NCBI RefSeq assembly: GCF_027921745.1
Contig: NC_079240.1
Span: forward strand, 1,612,001 to 1,676,000
Direction: 5' to 3'
DNA length: 64,000 bases
Source: Schizosaccharomyces osmophilus
Lineage: Eukaryota
The notes below the pieces were generated by a model. That model ran no database searches. It saw only the letters and a list, made by a program, of their open reading frames with translations, and was not told where the DNA came from. The position numbers and the translations under genes are program-made. How positions within the stretch are numbered: position 1 is the stretch's first letter; the number at the start of each line of letters is the position of its first letter. Of this stretch, positions 23,882 through 34,360 are shown piece by piece.

Positions 23882-26794
23882 ATGACTAAAACCATTGTAC
23901 CCACCCCCGTGTCCGTATTATTGGAAAAGGCAAACTCCAAGCCTGACGAAACCTTCTTGGATTTCTATAACGAAAATGGGATCCAGAAATCCTATTCCCA
24001 TCTAGAAATCCTTCAGCGAACCAACACGATTGCTAGATTCTACCAGCAAAACGTGCCTTCGGGAGCTACCGTCGGTGTTTTTATGAGACAGGAAATGGAT
24101 CTTGTGTGTTCCATTCTCGCCTTGTGGGCAACCGGACACACAGGTGTCATATTCAATGAAGACTGGGACTCAGATATTGCAGCTATTATTAGCGAACGCT
24201 TGCAGGTATCTTTCTTGGTTTTTAGCGATCTTACCGAAAAGTATCATCTTCGCGGTGTAAAATCACTACATTTAACCACTCTTCAAACGGACCCCAATGC
24301 ACCTTGTATTCAGACAGGATATGAGCCAGAAATCGCATTGATTAACCACAGCAGTGGATCTACCGGTATCCCCAAATCAATTCCCTATCGCATGGAAAAG
24401 TACGTACCTGCAGCTGACTGGGGTATATCATCGTTGGACCATCATCTTAAAACCGCAATAGTTATGGCTCCTAACTTTGCTCTTACTACATTGGTTTGGA
24501 TGACTGCTTTATTAAATCCAGGTGGTAGTATCATGTGTCCCTCTATGCTTACACGTCCACCCGTTCCAGTTAGCTCTAAAGCCGAGCAACTAGCGTGGAA
24601 CCTGCACTATGCCTTAAAATACGGATGTGAACGTCTCTGTATCTTGCCTAAGCTGCTCTTGTTGATGTTACAAACCACTGTAAAAGAAAACGAATCATTC
24701 CCTAGTTGTAAGAAGGTTTTGGTTGCCGGTGAAATGATCCCTCCAAACTTGCCTGAATCCTGTCAGCGTGCTTTGCCAAATGCTAAATTCGGTGCGGCGT
24801 ATGGTTCTACAGAAACTGGATTTAGTGGATTTTATGCCGAACTTAAAGATAGCAATTTAACATACATTCCCGGTTTAACCATCAAAGATTTAATGCTTTT
24901 GAACGAAGACATGAAGCCCATTCCTCGCGAAGTTGGAAACAAAGGATTTGTTTGCGTCATCACTGATGCACAATCTGAACCTTATGTAGGAGAAGACGAG
25001 GAAACGCAAAGTGCGAATCGAGAGACATACATTACAATTAACAACCAGCCCGCCATTCGTTTTGCAGACCTCGCGACTTGGGAACAAAAGGATGGAAATT
25101 GGGGAATTTCAGTGAAAGGACGTTTGGGCCGTATTGTAAAGCGGAATGGTGTCTTCTACGATTTAAATCATCTGGATAAAATCGCCAACTCCTTGGATGC
25201 TTTCAAGGAAGCCTTCTCTTTCCTTGTCAATAACCGATTTGTTTTATGCTATATCCCCAAAGAAGCCACTCTTACTTCTGACGAAGCACTCAACGTCTTG
25301 AATAAAGCATTGAAGTCGAGTGTTTGGTTTTCTCATTGTATCCCCATTAAGACATTATTGTTTAATGCTTCAGGTAAAGTTGACTTGAAGGCATTACAAT
25401 CTTATGTGCAAGATCGTATGTTTGAAGAGGACAGCAAATTACCCAGCCTTACGGATCATTTTGCTATAGAAATCAGCAAAATCTCCGCCAGAGTTTTGGG
25501 TAACAAATCATTGGAAGGAAAGGAAGTTCTGTTTCAAGCACATGGATTAGACTCCATCAAGGCAGTGCAATTCTCATCCTTGCTGAAGAAAGAACTGAAC
25601 TGTGAAATCTCCGTAACCGTTTTATTGCATCCTGAGTGCTCCCCCAACAGTTTGGCTGCTGCTGTGAAAGAGGGAGGTACCAATAAGTTGTCTGTTTCTG
25701 TCAACGAAGTAGAAGCCGATGCTATTAAATTAGCAGGCGAACTAGGCGGCGTCAAGCCATTGGCACCTATAAAGGATTCTTGGGTGTTGTTGACCGGCGC
25801 TACTGGATTCCTTGGAAAGAGATTGCTGACGCACTTTTTGAATGGAGGAGAAAAGGTCATTTGCCTTATTCGTGGATTGAACGACGCAGATGCCGAGAAG
25901 AGAATGTATGGAATGTGCCCAAATTTGCAAAAGTATGCAAATTCTTCTTTGATTGTATGGGCTTCCGATTTAAGCGATGACAACCTGTCCTTGTCGTCTG
26001 AAAAATGGGAATTTTTGGAGAAGCATGTTTCCAAGATCGTCCACAATGGAGCAATGGTACATTGGACCAAGACCTATTATGACTTGTGGAAACCCAATGT
26101 GTTGAGTACAAAGAAGTTGCTTGATTTGAGCATGGTGGGCCCCAAGAAACTCATCTTTGTGTCAGGAGGTGCACAACAAGAGTTGAGTATGGTAGACCGT
26201 GCAGCTAAAGGGCAGTCTATGGGCTACACGCTTTCAAAATTTGCTGCTGAAACGGTTTGTTACAAAGCCAAAGAAAATGGAAACCCTGAAATCTATACAA
26301 TTCTTCCAGGATTCATTTTGGCGAACGATGGAGAAATCCTTGCACGTGACTTTTTCTGGAGATTTGTACAAACATGTGTACGAATGAAGAAATGGCCTAC
26401 TCGGGCTGATGGTGGTTCTTTGCCCTTGCGTATTTCGTCGACGGAAGAAATTGCTCGTTGCATGCATGAAGGAATAGAGCATCAACAATACTTCCCTGAA
26501 GATAAGGACGGACGCGTTATGAGCTATGATGGAATTGACGGAAATGTAATGATTGCAGCATGCGAAGAGAAACGAGGAATCAAGTTGCAAAAGGTCCCAT
26601 TGTCTGTTTGGTTGCAGCAAGTGGACAAGGACTTGGAAGAAGAGAAGGAATATCACCCATTGTTTGCATTGAGACATTTGACAGAGGGAGCCGTCCAAAT
26701 AGGCTTACTGGACGATGGCGCGAGCGGCATCAAACAGAAGCATTTCTTGAGCGTTGATGCTTTCAAGAATGGACTGGAACAGCTTGAAGTATAA
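23882..26794 (+). CDS. Stand-alone NRPS-like adenylation-thiolation-thioester reductase (A-T-R; carboxylic-acid-reductase/Lys2-like), 970 aa, intronless; probable ortholog of S. pombe SPCC162.02c
   Basis: A domain: HSSGSTGIPKSI (A3), AYGSTET (A5), RFADL (A7), GRLGRIVKRNG (A8), NASGKVD (A10 Lys); carrier motif HGLDSI; R domain: VLLTGATGFLG, IVHNGAMVHW, YTLSKFAAE (YxxxK). Confidence 0.9.
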   Translation: MTKTIVPTPVSVLLEKANSKPDETFLDFYNENGIQKSYSHLEILQRTNTIARFYQQNVPSGATVGVFMRQEMDLVCSILALWATGHTGVIFNEDWDSDIAAIISERLQVSFLVFSDLTEKYHLRGVKSLHLTTLQTDPNAPCIQTGYEPEIALINHSSGSTGIPKSIPYRMEKYVPAADWGISSLDHHLKTAIVMAPNFALTTLVWMTALLNPGGSIMCPSMLTRPPVPVSSKAEQLAWNLHYALKYGCERLCILPKLLLLMLQTTVKENESFPSCKKVLVAGEMIPPNLPESCQRALPNAKFGAAYGSTETGFSGFYAELKDSNLTYIPGLTIKDLMLLNEDMKPIPREVGNKGFVCVITDAQSEPYVGEDEETQSANRETYITINNQPAIRFADLATWEQKDGNWGISVKGRLGRIVKRNGVFYDLNHLDKIANSLDAFKEAFSFLVNNRFVLCYIPKEATLTSDEALNVLNKALKSSVWFSHCIPIKTLLFNASGKVDLKALQSYVQDRMFEEDSKLPSLTDHFAIEISKISARVLGNKSLEGKEVLFQAHGLDSIKAVQFSSLLKKELNCEISVTVLLHPECSPNSLAAAVKEGGTNKLSVSVNEVEADAIKLAGELGGVKPLAPIKDSWVLLTGATGFLGKRLLTHFLNGGEKVICLIRGLNDADAEKRMYGMCPNLQKYANSSLIVWASDLSDDNLSLSSEKWEFLEKHVSKIVHNGAMVHWTKTYYDLWKPNVLSTKKLLDLSMVGPKKLIFVSGGAQQELSMVDRAAKGQSMGYTLSKFAAETVCYKAKENGNPEIYTILPGFILANDGEILARDFFWRFVQTCVRMKKWPTRADGGSLPLRISSTEEIARCMHEGIEHQQYFPEDKDGRVMSYDGIDGNVMIAACEEKRGIKLQKVPLSVWLQQVDKDLEEEKEYHPLFALRHLTEGAVQIGLLDDGASGIKQKHFLSVDAFKNGLEQLEV

Positions 26795-27134
26795 AGGTTA
26801 TGAATTTAAGAATTATTAAATTGAAAGAAAAAAAAAGAAAATGAAGAAAATGAATAGTTACGAGACGATGAAAAACAGATAGTTCCTTTAGATAAGTAAC
26901 AATGAATAAATGTTACCCATGAGAAGAAGATGTGACACCAAGGGAAGAAGGGAGAGTAACAAAAACCAATTTCTAAGAGTGTAAGATAGGAATTGACAAG
27001 TGTTGGTAGGATTGTAGATTGAGAGATCAATAAAAAATTGGACAAAAACGAAAGAGAGCATGAGATTTTTCCTGCGTTTGTATTCATTTACGTAAGGAAT
27101 TTAGGAACATCAGAGCAAGATACAGTCTGTTGAA

Positions 27135-27944
27135 ATGTCGAGCAGCCGAAGAAATTATGAAAGAGAGGAAAACGATTTGTCGTATCGCTCCCAACGCGTA
27201 GAAAAGGAGGGTTTACCGCGAACTACGTATAGGGATGCAAGAGAAAGTGGAAGAGGTAGACAACGAGAGGGAGGACGATTTCAACGAGAAAGAAGTCCAG
27301 AGAGAAGAAGCGACAGGTATGCGCGAACGCGGAATTTCAATCGAACGAGTGAGGATGAGTCTGTGCGATCTCAGGACCGGGAGCGAAACCGAAACCGAAA
27401 TCGAGATTGGGATCGAGAGGGTGAGCGTGGGCCTGAACGCGACCGGATGGTTCGACGAGACCGGTATGACCGTTACGACCGACACGACCGTGAGGAAAAA
27501 CGGAGAGAAGATGTAGGAGAAAGGCCTAGAGGGGGTGGTCGAAGGGGAGAGCAAGAGCAAAAGCAAAAACAAGAACGGACGGAGCGACAAAATCGACGTG
27601 ATTTCACGACTAGCAGCTACCGACAAGAGCGCGTGCAACCGGTATCATCACCTCCAAGGAGAGATGGTCAACAACAAAAAAGACAAAGTGAAGGAGAGGA
27701 TAACTCATTAGAAGCAGTGCCTTCTACCTCCTCGGCAAATGGAAATAGTCAAGAGGAAATTTCCGTGCAAGAAGAATTGGACCCGGTGGCCGACATGCAA
27801 AGTATGATGGGATTTTCGGGATTTGGAACGACGACGGGAAAAAAGCATGGAGACGTTGGAGACGTCTTTAAGCAAAGAAAGGCAAGATATCGTCAATACA
27901 TGAACCGTCCTGGTGGATTCAATCGTCCTTTAGAACGCGATTGA
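27135..27944 (+). CDS. U4/U6.U5 tri-snRNP 27K protein (SNRNP27 family)
   Basis: RS/RD/RE-rich N-terminus and conserved C-terminus MMGFSGFGTTTGKKH...RYRQYMNRPGGFNRPL. Confidence 0.92.
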   Translation: MSSSRRNYEREENDLSYRSQRVEKEGLPRTTYRDARESGRGRQREGGRFQRERSPERRSDRYARTRNFNRTSEDESVRSQDRERNRNRNRDWDREGERGPERDRMVRRDRYDRYDRHDREEKRREDVGERPRGGGRRGEQEQKQKQERTERQNRRDFTTSSYRQERVQPVSSPPRRDGQQQKRQSEGEDNSLEAVPSTSSANGNSQEEISVQEELDPVADMQSMMGFSGFGTTTGKKHGDVGDVFKQRKARYRQYMNRPGGFNRPLERD

Positions 27945-28237
27945 CCATCGACTGATCAATGTCCAATTGTGTTTTGTTTACGGGGCATTCGTTACCGAGG
28001 TGGTGATTAACCGAAAGAGAAGCGAGGAAGGGTGTGACAAAGGTTCCTTGGAAGGAAAGAGGAAGGTGGAAGAGAGTGTGTGTAAAGAATGGAAGGAAAG
28101 GAAAATTAGACATCACTGTGAAAACGTAACGTCGTTTCAATTTTCGTCTATCTTTTTCCAATTGACTTTTTAAAAAAGAGTTCATCTATTCAACCAATGG
28201 TTCCAATGAAAACCTTGCTTTCAGGCTCACCGACACA

Positions 28238-28330
28238 CTCGACTGACCTACTGACCTGTTGCTCTACTGCTCTACTGCTCTACTGCCCCAAATGACTCGA
28301 ACGACTTATTCGACTCAACCGACTCGACCG
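28238..28330. repeat. Short tandem/degenerate repeats: (CTGACCT)x2, (TGCTCTAC)x3, several GACTC units
   Basis: Read directly in the spacer upstream of adh1. Confidence 0.6.
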
Positions 28331-28999
28331 AGCGAACCATTCTTCGTATCAACTGAATCTATTCCTACTAGACCTAGCGTTGTTCCCTTTCCTTCTGCCG
28401 AAATTCTATACACTTCCATGGACGACATCATGCGTACGTTCGCTCGTTTTCCATTACGCTAACCGAAGATAAGGAAACCAATCGATGTCGAAAAAGAAAA
28501 TTAGGAAATTTACCAAAACCTTACCGAAGCAATAATTTTCTCTATGGAAGAAGAAATCAACAACGTTTCAATAAGGACCAACCAGAGGAGCAAAGAGGTA
28601 TAAAGAAAAAGCAAAACGATAAAAACACCTATCTGAGTGGATGAGGAAAGTTTGACCAAAGTTGCAAAGGTGGAATGGATGGATGATCCCCGCAATAAAG
28701 CGGAAGGAGGAAAAAGTTAACTTTGAATTTTTTCCGTCCATTGGTTGATGGAAACTTTATCCGGAATTTATCTAGAACGGTTTCGGGCTATTGGAAAATC
28801 GGAAAAATTAGAATGGGAGTCGATGTCACCTATCATTCCACAATTACGTCGGGACCATGGATGTTGTCATACGCTTCTGGCTTGAATGTGAGGTTGTCGG
28901 CATTTCATTGGTCGAAAGCTCCGACCTTTTTTCGCCAGGATGGGAGTCGCTCCGAAGAATTTAGAGATGAGAAAATTTCGTTTAGCCGCTCGGAAAGAC

Positions 29000-29007
29000 T
29001 ATATAAA
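29000..29007 (+). promoter_or_regulatory. TATA box of adh1
   Basis: TATATAAA 55 bp upstream of the ATG of a highly codon-biased gene. Confidence 0.75.
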
Positions 29008-29054
29008 GAGGGTGTCCCCTGCTTGGACAACTGTACATCCATATACTATACACA

Positions 29055-30104
29055 ATGACTTTTCCCGATAAGCAAACAGCAGCCGTTTTCCACAAGCACG
29101 GAGGACCCGAGAACGTGAAGTTCGAAGAAGTCCCTGTTGGTGAGCCCGGTGAAGATCAAGTCTTGGTTAACATCAAGTACACTGGTGTCTGCCACACTGA
29201 CTTGCACGCTCTTCAAGGTGACTGGCCTCTCGATGTCAAGCTCCCCTTGATCGGTGGTCACGAAGGTGCTGGTGTCGTCGTTAAGGTTGGCCGTGGTGTC
29301 AACCGTCTTAAGATCGGTGACCGTGTCGGTGTTAAGTGGATGAACTCCTCTTGCGGTAACTGCGAATACTGCATGAAGGGTGATGAGACCATCTGCCCTC
29401 AAATTCAACTCTCTGGTTATACTGTCGACGGTACCTTCCAACACTATGCCATCGCCAATGCCACTCACGCTACCCTCATCCCCGAGTCCGTTCCCCTCGA
29501 GGTTGCTGCCCCCGTCATGTGCGCTGGTATCACCGTCTACCGTGCCTTGAAGGAGTCCGGTGTCGGACCCGGTCAATGGGTCTGCATTCCCGGTGCCGGT
29601 GGTGGTCTTGGTCACTTGGCCGTTCAATACGCCAAGGCTATGGCCATGCGTGTCGTTGCCATTGACTCTGGTGAAGACAAGAAAGAACTTGTTTCCAGCT
29701 TCAACGCTGACGTTTTCGTCGACTTCAAGACTGACGACGTTGTCGAAGTCGTCAAGGAGAAGACTGGCGGTGGTGCTCACGGTACTTTGGTCTTGTCTAC
29801 CTCCCCCAAGTCTTACGAGCAAGCTGCTTCTTTTGCTCGTCCCGGCTCTACCATGATCACTGTTGCCATGCCTGCCGGTGCTAAGCTCGGTGCTGACATC
29901 TTCTGGTTGACCGTCAAGCAACTCAAGGTTTGCGGTTCTCACGTCGGTAGCCGTCTTGACTCTGTTGAGGCTATGGACTACTTGGCTCGTGGCCTCGTCA
30001 AGCCTTTCTACAAGGTCCAACCCTTCTCTACTCTCCCTGAAGTCTACAACCTTATGCACGAGGGTAAGATTGCTGGCCGTATCGTCTTGGATCTCTCCAA
30101 GTAA
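29055..30104 (+). CDS. adh1: Zn-dependent alcohol dehydrogenase Adh1
   Basis: GVCHTDLH, GHEGAG, CGNCEYC...C structural Zn site, GAGGGLG; extreme codon bias. Confidence 0.97.
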   Translation: MTFPDKQTAAVFHKHGGPENVKFEEVPVGEPGEDQVLVNIKYTGVCHTDLHALQGDWPLDVKLPLIGGHEGAGVVVKVGRGVNRLKIGDRVGVKWMNSSCGNCEYCMKGDETICPQIQLSGYTVDGTFQHYAIANATHATLIPESVPLEVAAPVMCAGITVYRALKESGVGPGQWVCIPGAGGGLGHLAVQYAKAMAMRVVAIDSGEDKKELVSSFNADVFVDFKTDDVVEVVKEKTGGGAHGTLVLSTSPKSYEQAASFARPGSTMITVAMPAGAKLGADIFWLTVKQLKVCGSHVGSRLDSVEAMDYLARGLVKPFYKVQPFSTLPEVYNLMHEGKIAGRIVLDLSK

Positions 30105-31069
30105 ACTGAGCACGTCCCACAGTTTTATGTGTAGATGAGAAAGTTTTCAAGAGCTCAGCAGGGATTGCCTCTAGAAATGCAAGGATGTTTCTCTTCTCGA
30201 ATAAGTAATCTACAAGTGTTTTCGTATTGAATGTTCTCATCTGGCATTAATCCCAAGCACTAGTCGTCAGACGATTCAATTGCGAAAAAAAAAAAATGCC
30301 TCTGAACTCTTGCATGAATGTTTTTGTTATAAAAATGAAATTTAGATGTTTTGAAATTTGATCATCGGTCGTAGTGTGTAGCCAACTGAAGAGTTAGAGT
30401 TACCCATTCTGTAGTACAAGAACGTTTGAGTAGAAAAAGGATGTGATCCGCTACAGTAAGAGAGATCTCTTCACATGGAAAGCACTTAATAATCAGCAAG
30501 GAAGCAAACGATCTTGTAAAGCATCTGGGATGTCATGCAGATCCCATTTGTACCTCTTGCAGAGAATGAGTTGTGCGAGGTAGATCCTCATTATATAGCA
30601 AAAAAAAGCAAGGTTGTATGATCGTCAGTATTGAAATGATTTGCGTGATTTACAACATGGTGTCCTTTAATTGGATGATGGCTCATATGACGATCAATGA
30701 TTGGCGTGGAGATTAGATTAGGATCTCTGCAGGCCTTGGAAATGGATCCTTCACGAAAAGCAAAGAACATCCTCCAAGGTAAACCAACAAAATTAAATAA
30801 TAACTAAATTAAATTGAACAAAAATGCTACACACGATCAAAAACTAGCGCAACAGGGAACCGGAAAGCAAAAGGGGAAAAGTTGCGATTTCTTATGATTT
30901 GCAGTGCTCTCACGAGTTTGAAGCATTTCGTTATCCACTTTTCCACGCTGTAACCTTTCTATGCTATCGTATACTTTCCAGCCTGAACGCAGCTCGGTAT
31001 TTGGGGATTCATTTTCGATGGAGAGAACGTCGTTTCGAGTTGTCTCTTACCAAGTGTTTGTACTCAAAA

Positions 31070-32077
31070 ATGAAGCCCAGAAGAATCATTTTGATGGGTC
31101 TTCGACGAAGCGGCAAGTCTTCGATTCAAAAAGTCGTCTTTTATAAAATGCCGCCGAACGAAACTTTGTTTCTGGAATCTACAGCCCGTCTCACACAAGA
31201 ACACATTTCGTATGTCTCCCCCAGTCTTTTCTGTTATCCATTTGGATTTTTTACTAACTCAATTCCTAATAGCTCGTTCATTGACTTTTCGGTCTGGGAT
31301 TTTCCCGGTCAAGTGGACGTGTTTGACGCAGCTTTTGATTTTGAAAGCATCTTCATTCAAGTTGGAGCACTTATCTTTGTTATCGATGCACAAGATGATT
31401 ATCTAGATGCATTGGCTCGTTTGCATGTCACTGTTGCTCGTGTTGTAGCCATTAATCCCAATATCTGTATTGAAGTATTTATACATAAAGTGGACGGCCT
31501 TAGTGATGAATTTAAAATAGACACTCAGCGTGACATTCAACAGCGAACTCAGGATGAGCTTGCAGATATTGGCCTTGAAAATGTCCCCATTTCATTTCAT
31601 CTTACTTCCATTTTTGACCATTCCATCTTTGAAGCCTTCAGTCGTGTCATTCAAAAACTGATTCCTCAGCTGCCTACGCTCGAAAATCTTCTCAATATCT
31701 TTTGTGCCAATTCTTTGGTCGAAAAGGCTTACGTTTTCGACGTACTCTCAAAAATTTATATCGCTACGGATAGTTCCCCAGTTGACGTTCAAAGTTACGA
31801 AATTTGTTCTGATTTCATCGACGTTATCCTTGATATTGGATCTATTTATGGAGGTGCTCGTGAAAACCATTCCGAGCGACACCCTGATGCTTTGGACGAA
31901 ACTTCCTCCATCATCCGATTGTCCAACGACTTGGTCTTGGTTCTACGGGAAATGAATCAATACCTAGCCTTGGTTTGCATTATTCGTGCCGATAACTTCA
32001 AGAAATCGGGGCTGATTGAATATAATGTTCAATGCCTCCAAGCAGCCATTCAGTCCCTCTTTTCTGCCAAGTCGTGA
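31070..32077 (+). CDS. gtr2: Rag C/D GTPase Gtr2 (intron 31210-31272)
   Basis: [54 protein letters not shown], roadblock C-terminus. Confidence 0.95.
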   Translation: MKPRRIILMGLRRSGKSSIQKVVFYKMPPNETLFLESTARLTQEHISYVSPSLFCYPFGFFTNSIPNSSFIDFSVWDFPGQVDVFDAAFDFESIFIQVGALIFVIDAQDDYLDALARLHVTVARVVAINPNICIEVFIHKVDGLSDEFKIDTQRDIQQRTQDELADIGLENVPISFHLTSIFDHSIFEAFSRVIQKLIPQLPTLENLLNIFCANSLVEKAYVFDVLSKIYIATDSSPVDVQSYEICSDFIDVILDIGSIYGGARENHSERHPDALDETSSIIRLSNDLVLVLREMNQYLALVCIIRADNFKKSGLIEYNVQCLQAAIQSLFSAKS

Positions 32078-32482
32078 GAATCCATACGATCGCTAGCTAG
32101 GATTACCTCTTGTTTGTTTTCATTTACGTCTTATAGATGCTGAAACGTTTTCTTTTAATTCTTTTTTTTTGTACATCATGCTTTTTTTACAACTATAATT
32201 TATAATCATGTTTTGGCTCACTGACTTAAATAAAACTTTAGAATTCTCATGCGCGTATACTAATAAAGCTAAAAGCAAAAGAAACGGTTAAAAAATGTGC
32301 ATATTATTGAATATGAACAAAGAAACTTTGAAAACCAAAACATAAAAAGGTGCGAACGCATTATTTTACAACGTAAAGAAATTGAAAATATAATAATAAA
32401 ATAAAATAAAAAGGTAAAAGTATAAGTATAAGTATAAGTAAAAGTAAAGATGATAAATTTGTCGTTTCTTCGCTCACTGGAT

Positions 32483-33529
32483 TTAGACGTTAAATTCTAC
32501 AATTTGGCCATCATATGCTGGCTCGGTCGGAACGCTTAATTTTGAAAATTCTTCTTTCATCTCATCGTGTTCCGCGGAATGATTAAATCCGGTGTACAAA
32601 ACCCGTCTTGGAGCTGGTGTAAGGGAACTGGCAAATGCGTGAGCTTGGTTAAAAGTAAAGTGGGATGGATAGGGTTTCTGCCGAAGTGCGTCTAACACAA
32701 CGACTTGAGATCCAACCATCAAATCTTTTGTTTCTGGAGGAATATAGTTACAATCAGAAATATACGATAAATCACCAATTCGAAAACCCATATTGATAAA
32801 TGGAACACTCTCCTTACCGGGAGAGAAATAGACTCCGTGGTGCACGGGTAATGGTACAGTCGTGATATCGAGCCCCTCTAACTCGAATGGCTCTTCCGGG
32901 TTAAAGATTCGATAGTCAAACGTAGGAACACTACCACCTCCAGTGGCTTGCGTAACATCCACCATATAGGGAAACGAATTTGAAATTGACATGAATGTAT
33001 CCCGTGTTAAATATATTTTCATAGTGTCTTGAACAATCCCCCCAGACGTCCACGCTAAAAATTGAACGTTAGTATTAACATATTTTACAGAAAAAAAAAC
33101 TTGGGAGAAAAGATTTCAAGCGTTTTCCTTTCTCTATTGTATTCGCTTTGCATTGTTCATGCAAGAGCAACTCAGCATACCCCTTAAATCATCCAACCCA
33201 TTGATTGCATCGGCATGAGCATGCGTCAATAGAACTGCATCGATGTTTCGAATCTTATGCTTCACCATAAATTCCATCGCGGCCATGTAAAAAGTCTTTC
33301 CGCAATCAATTAAGATTGTTTTCGGACGACTCCATCCCTCTGCATCAATCTGCACAATTGCTCCTGTATTGTTTCTCTTGTTCTTTCGTCCCTCCGGTGT
33401 CAAACTGGCTGAGCATACGCGACATGTAGGATTTGGGACGTTCAAACAACAGACATTAGGGATGCCATTGGACGTTCCAGTTCCTAAAAACAAAATTCTT
33501 GCATTTTGATTTTTAATATTATTTACCAT
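32483..33529 (-). CDS. Metallo-beta-lactamase fold hydrolase, PhnP-like (exons 33529-33181, 33054-32483)
   Basis: [14 protein letters not shown]...CRVC Zn motif, [40 protein letters not shown]. Confidence 0.88.
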
Positions 33530-34360
33530 ATTTCTACTATATCCTTGTACAGCAAGAATTCAAAGAAACGACCGTTTTCTTGCTTTACGCAAAAGACAAA
33601 TGCATTCTTACGCTAGAAAAATGGTTTTCTACCCAAAGTAACAGTGTCTCTTATCCGTGCTTTAGCAATTGCGCTATCCTCTCTGCGTCATTGCTGCATA
33701 GTCCTCTATCAGATTTTCTTTGCTTTCGGTTAATGATATACTTAGTTTCTGTTACTCCTACAAGAGAGGTATCATAAACAAAGAGTTTCCTGTTTTATAA
33801 TGCGTATCTTTGTTCATTCAATAAAGTTAAAAATGTTTTTCTAAAAACAAGAATTTTCAGGAAATTAAGCCTGATGCCTAGAAGACGTGCAGGAACTTGG
33901 CTTTGAATTAGCAGGGGAAAATCAATGATTTAGAAATCCTGTAAGGCAGAAAAGAAAGCCTTTTACTTTTAGGAATACAATAAATTTTTTGGTTAATTTC
34001 TTCAATTCGTCACACCTTTTGTCAAATTTAGTTTGGAAACAGGTTTCCAAACATTTGTATATACTCACTTCAGAAAACTCAATCGACTTATAGGCTGCTA
34101 GTCAAAAAGGATATACAGTGCCTTTTTTTTTATTTTTTTTAAAAAAAATAAACTTATTCTCACGCGCTTACACACTTTCCTTTTTCGTTCCTGGCTAAGT
34201 AAACAAGCACTCACCAAGTTACAAGCTAACAGTAACATATTAGTACGATATTTTATTTAACTCAATGGAGGGCAAACTAATGTATAGAATTCAGCATTCT
34301 ATTTCTCAAGAATGAGACATCTCAATATAAAAGCAAGAGAAAAGAACTAAAATATTATAA

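Noticed and set aside
27088..27095. TTACGTAA (Pap1-type palindrome)
   Set aside because: Single site downstream of the A-T-R gene, far from the pmd1 promoter; not distinguishable from chance.
27213..27638. Ser/Leu-rich ORF opposite the SNRNP27 gene
   Set aside because: Antisense of RS/RD low-complexity codons.
29046..30113. 355-aa ORF antisense to adh1
   Set aside because: Mirrors adh1 codon for codon; strong codon bias removes stops on the opposite strand; no recognisable motifs.
32414..32450. (TATAAG)n short repeat between gtr2 and the hydrolase
   Set aside because: Simple slippage repeat in a convergent terminator region.
34129..34152. 24-bp palindrome TTTATTTTTTTTAAAAAAAATAAA (similar T/A runs near 40216-40260)
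   Set aside because: Low-complexity poly-T/poly-A junctions, common in AT-rich spacers.
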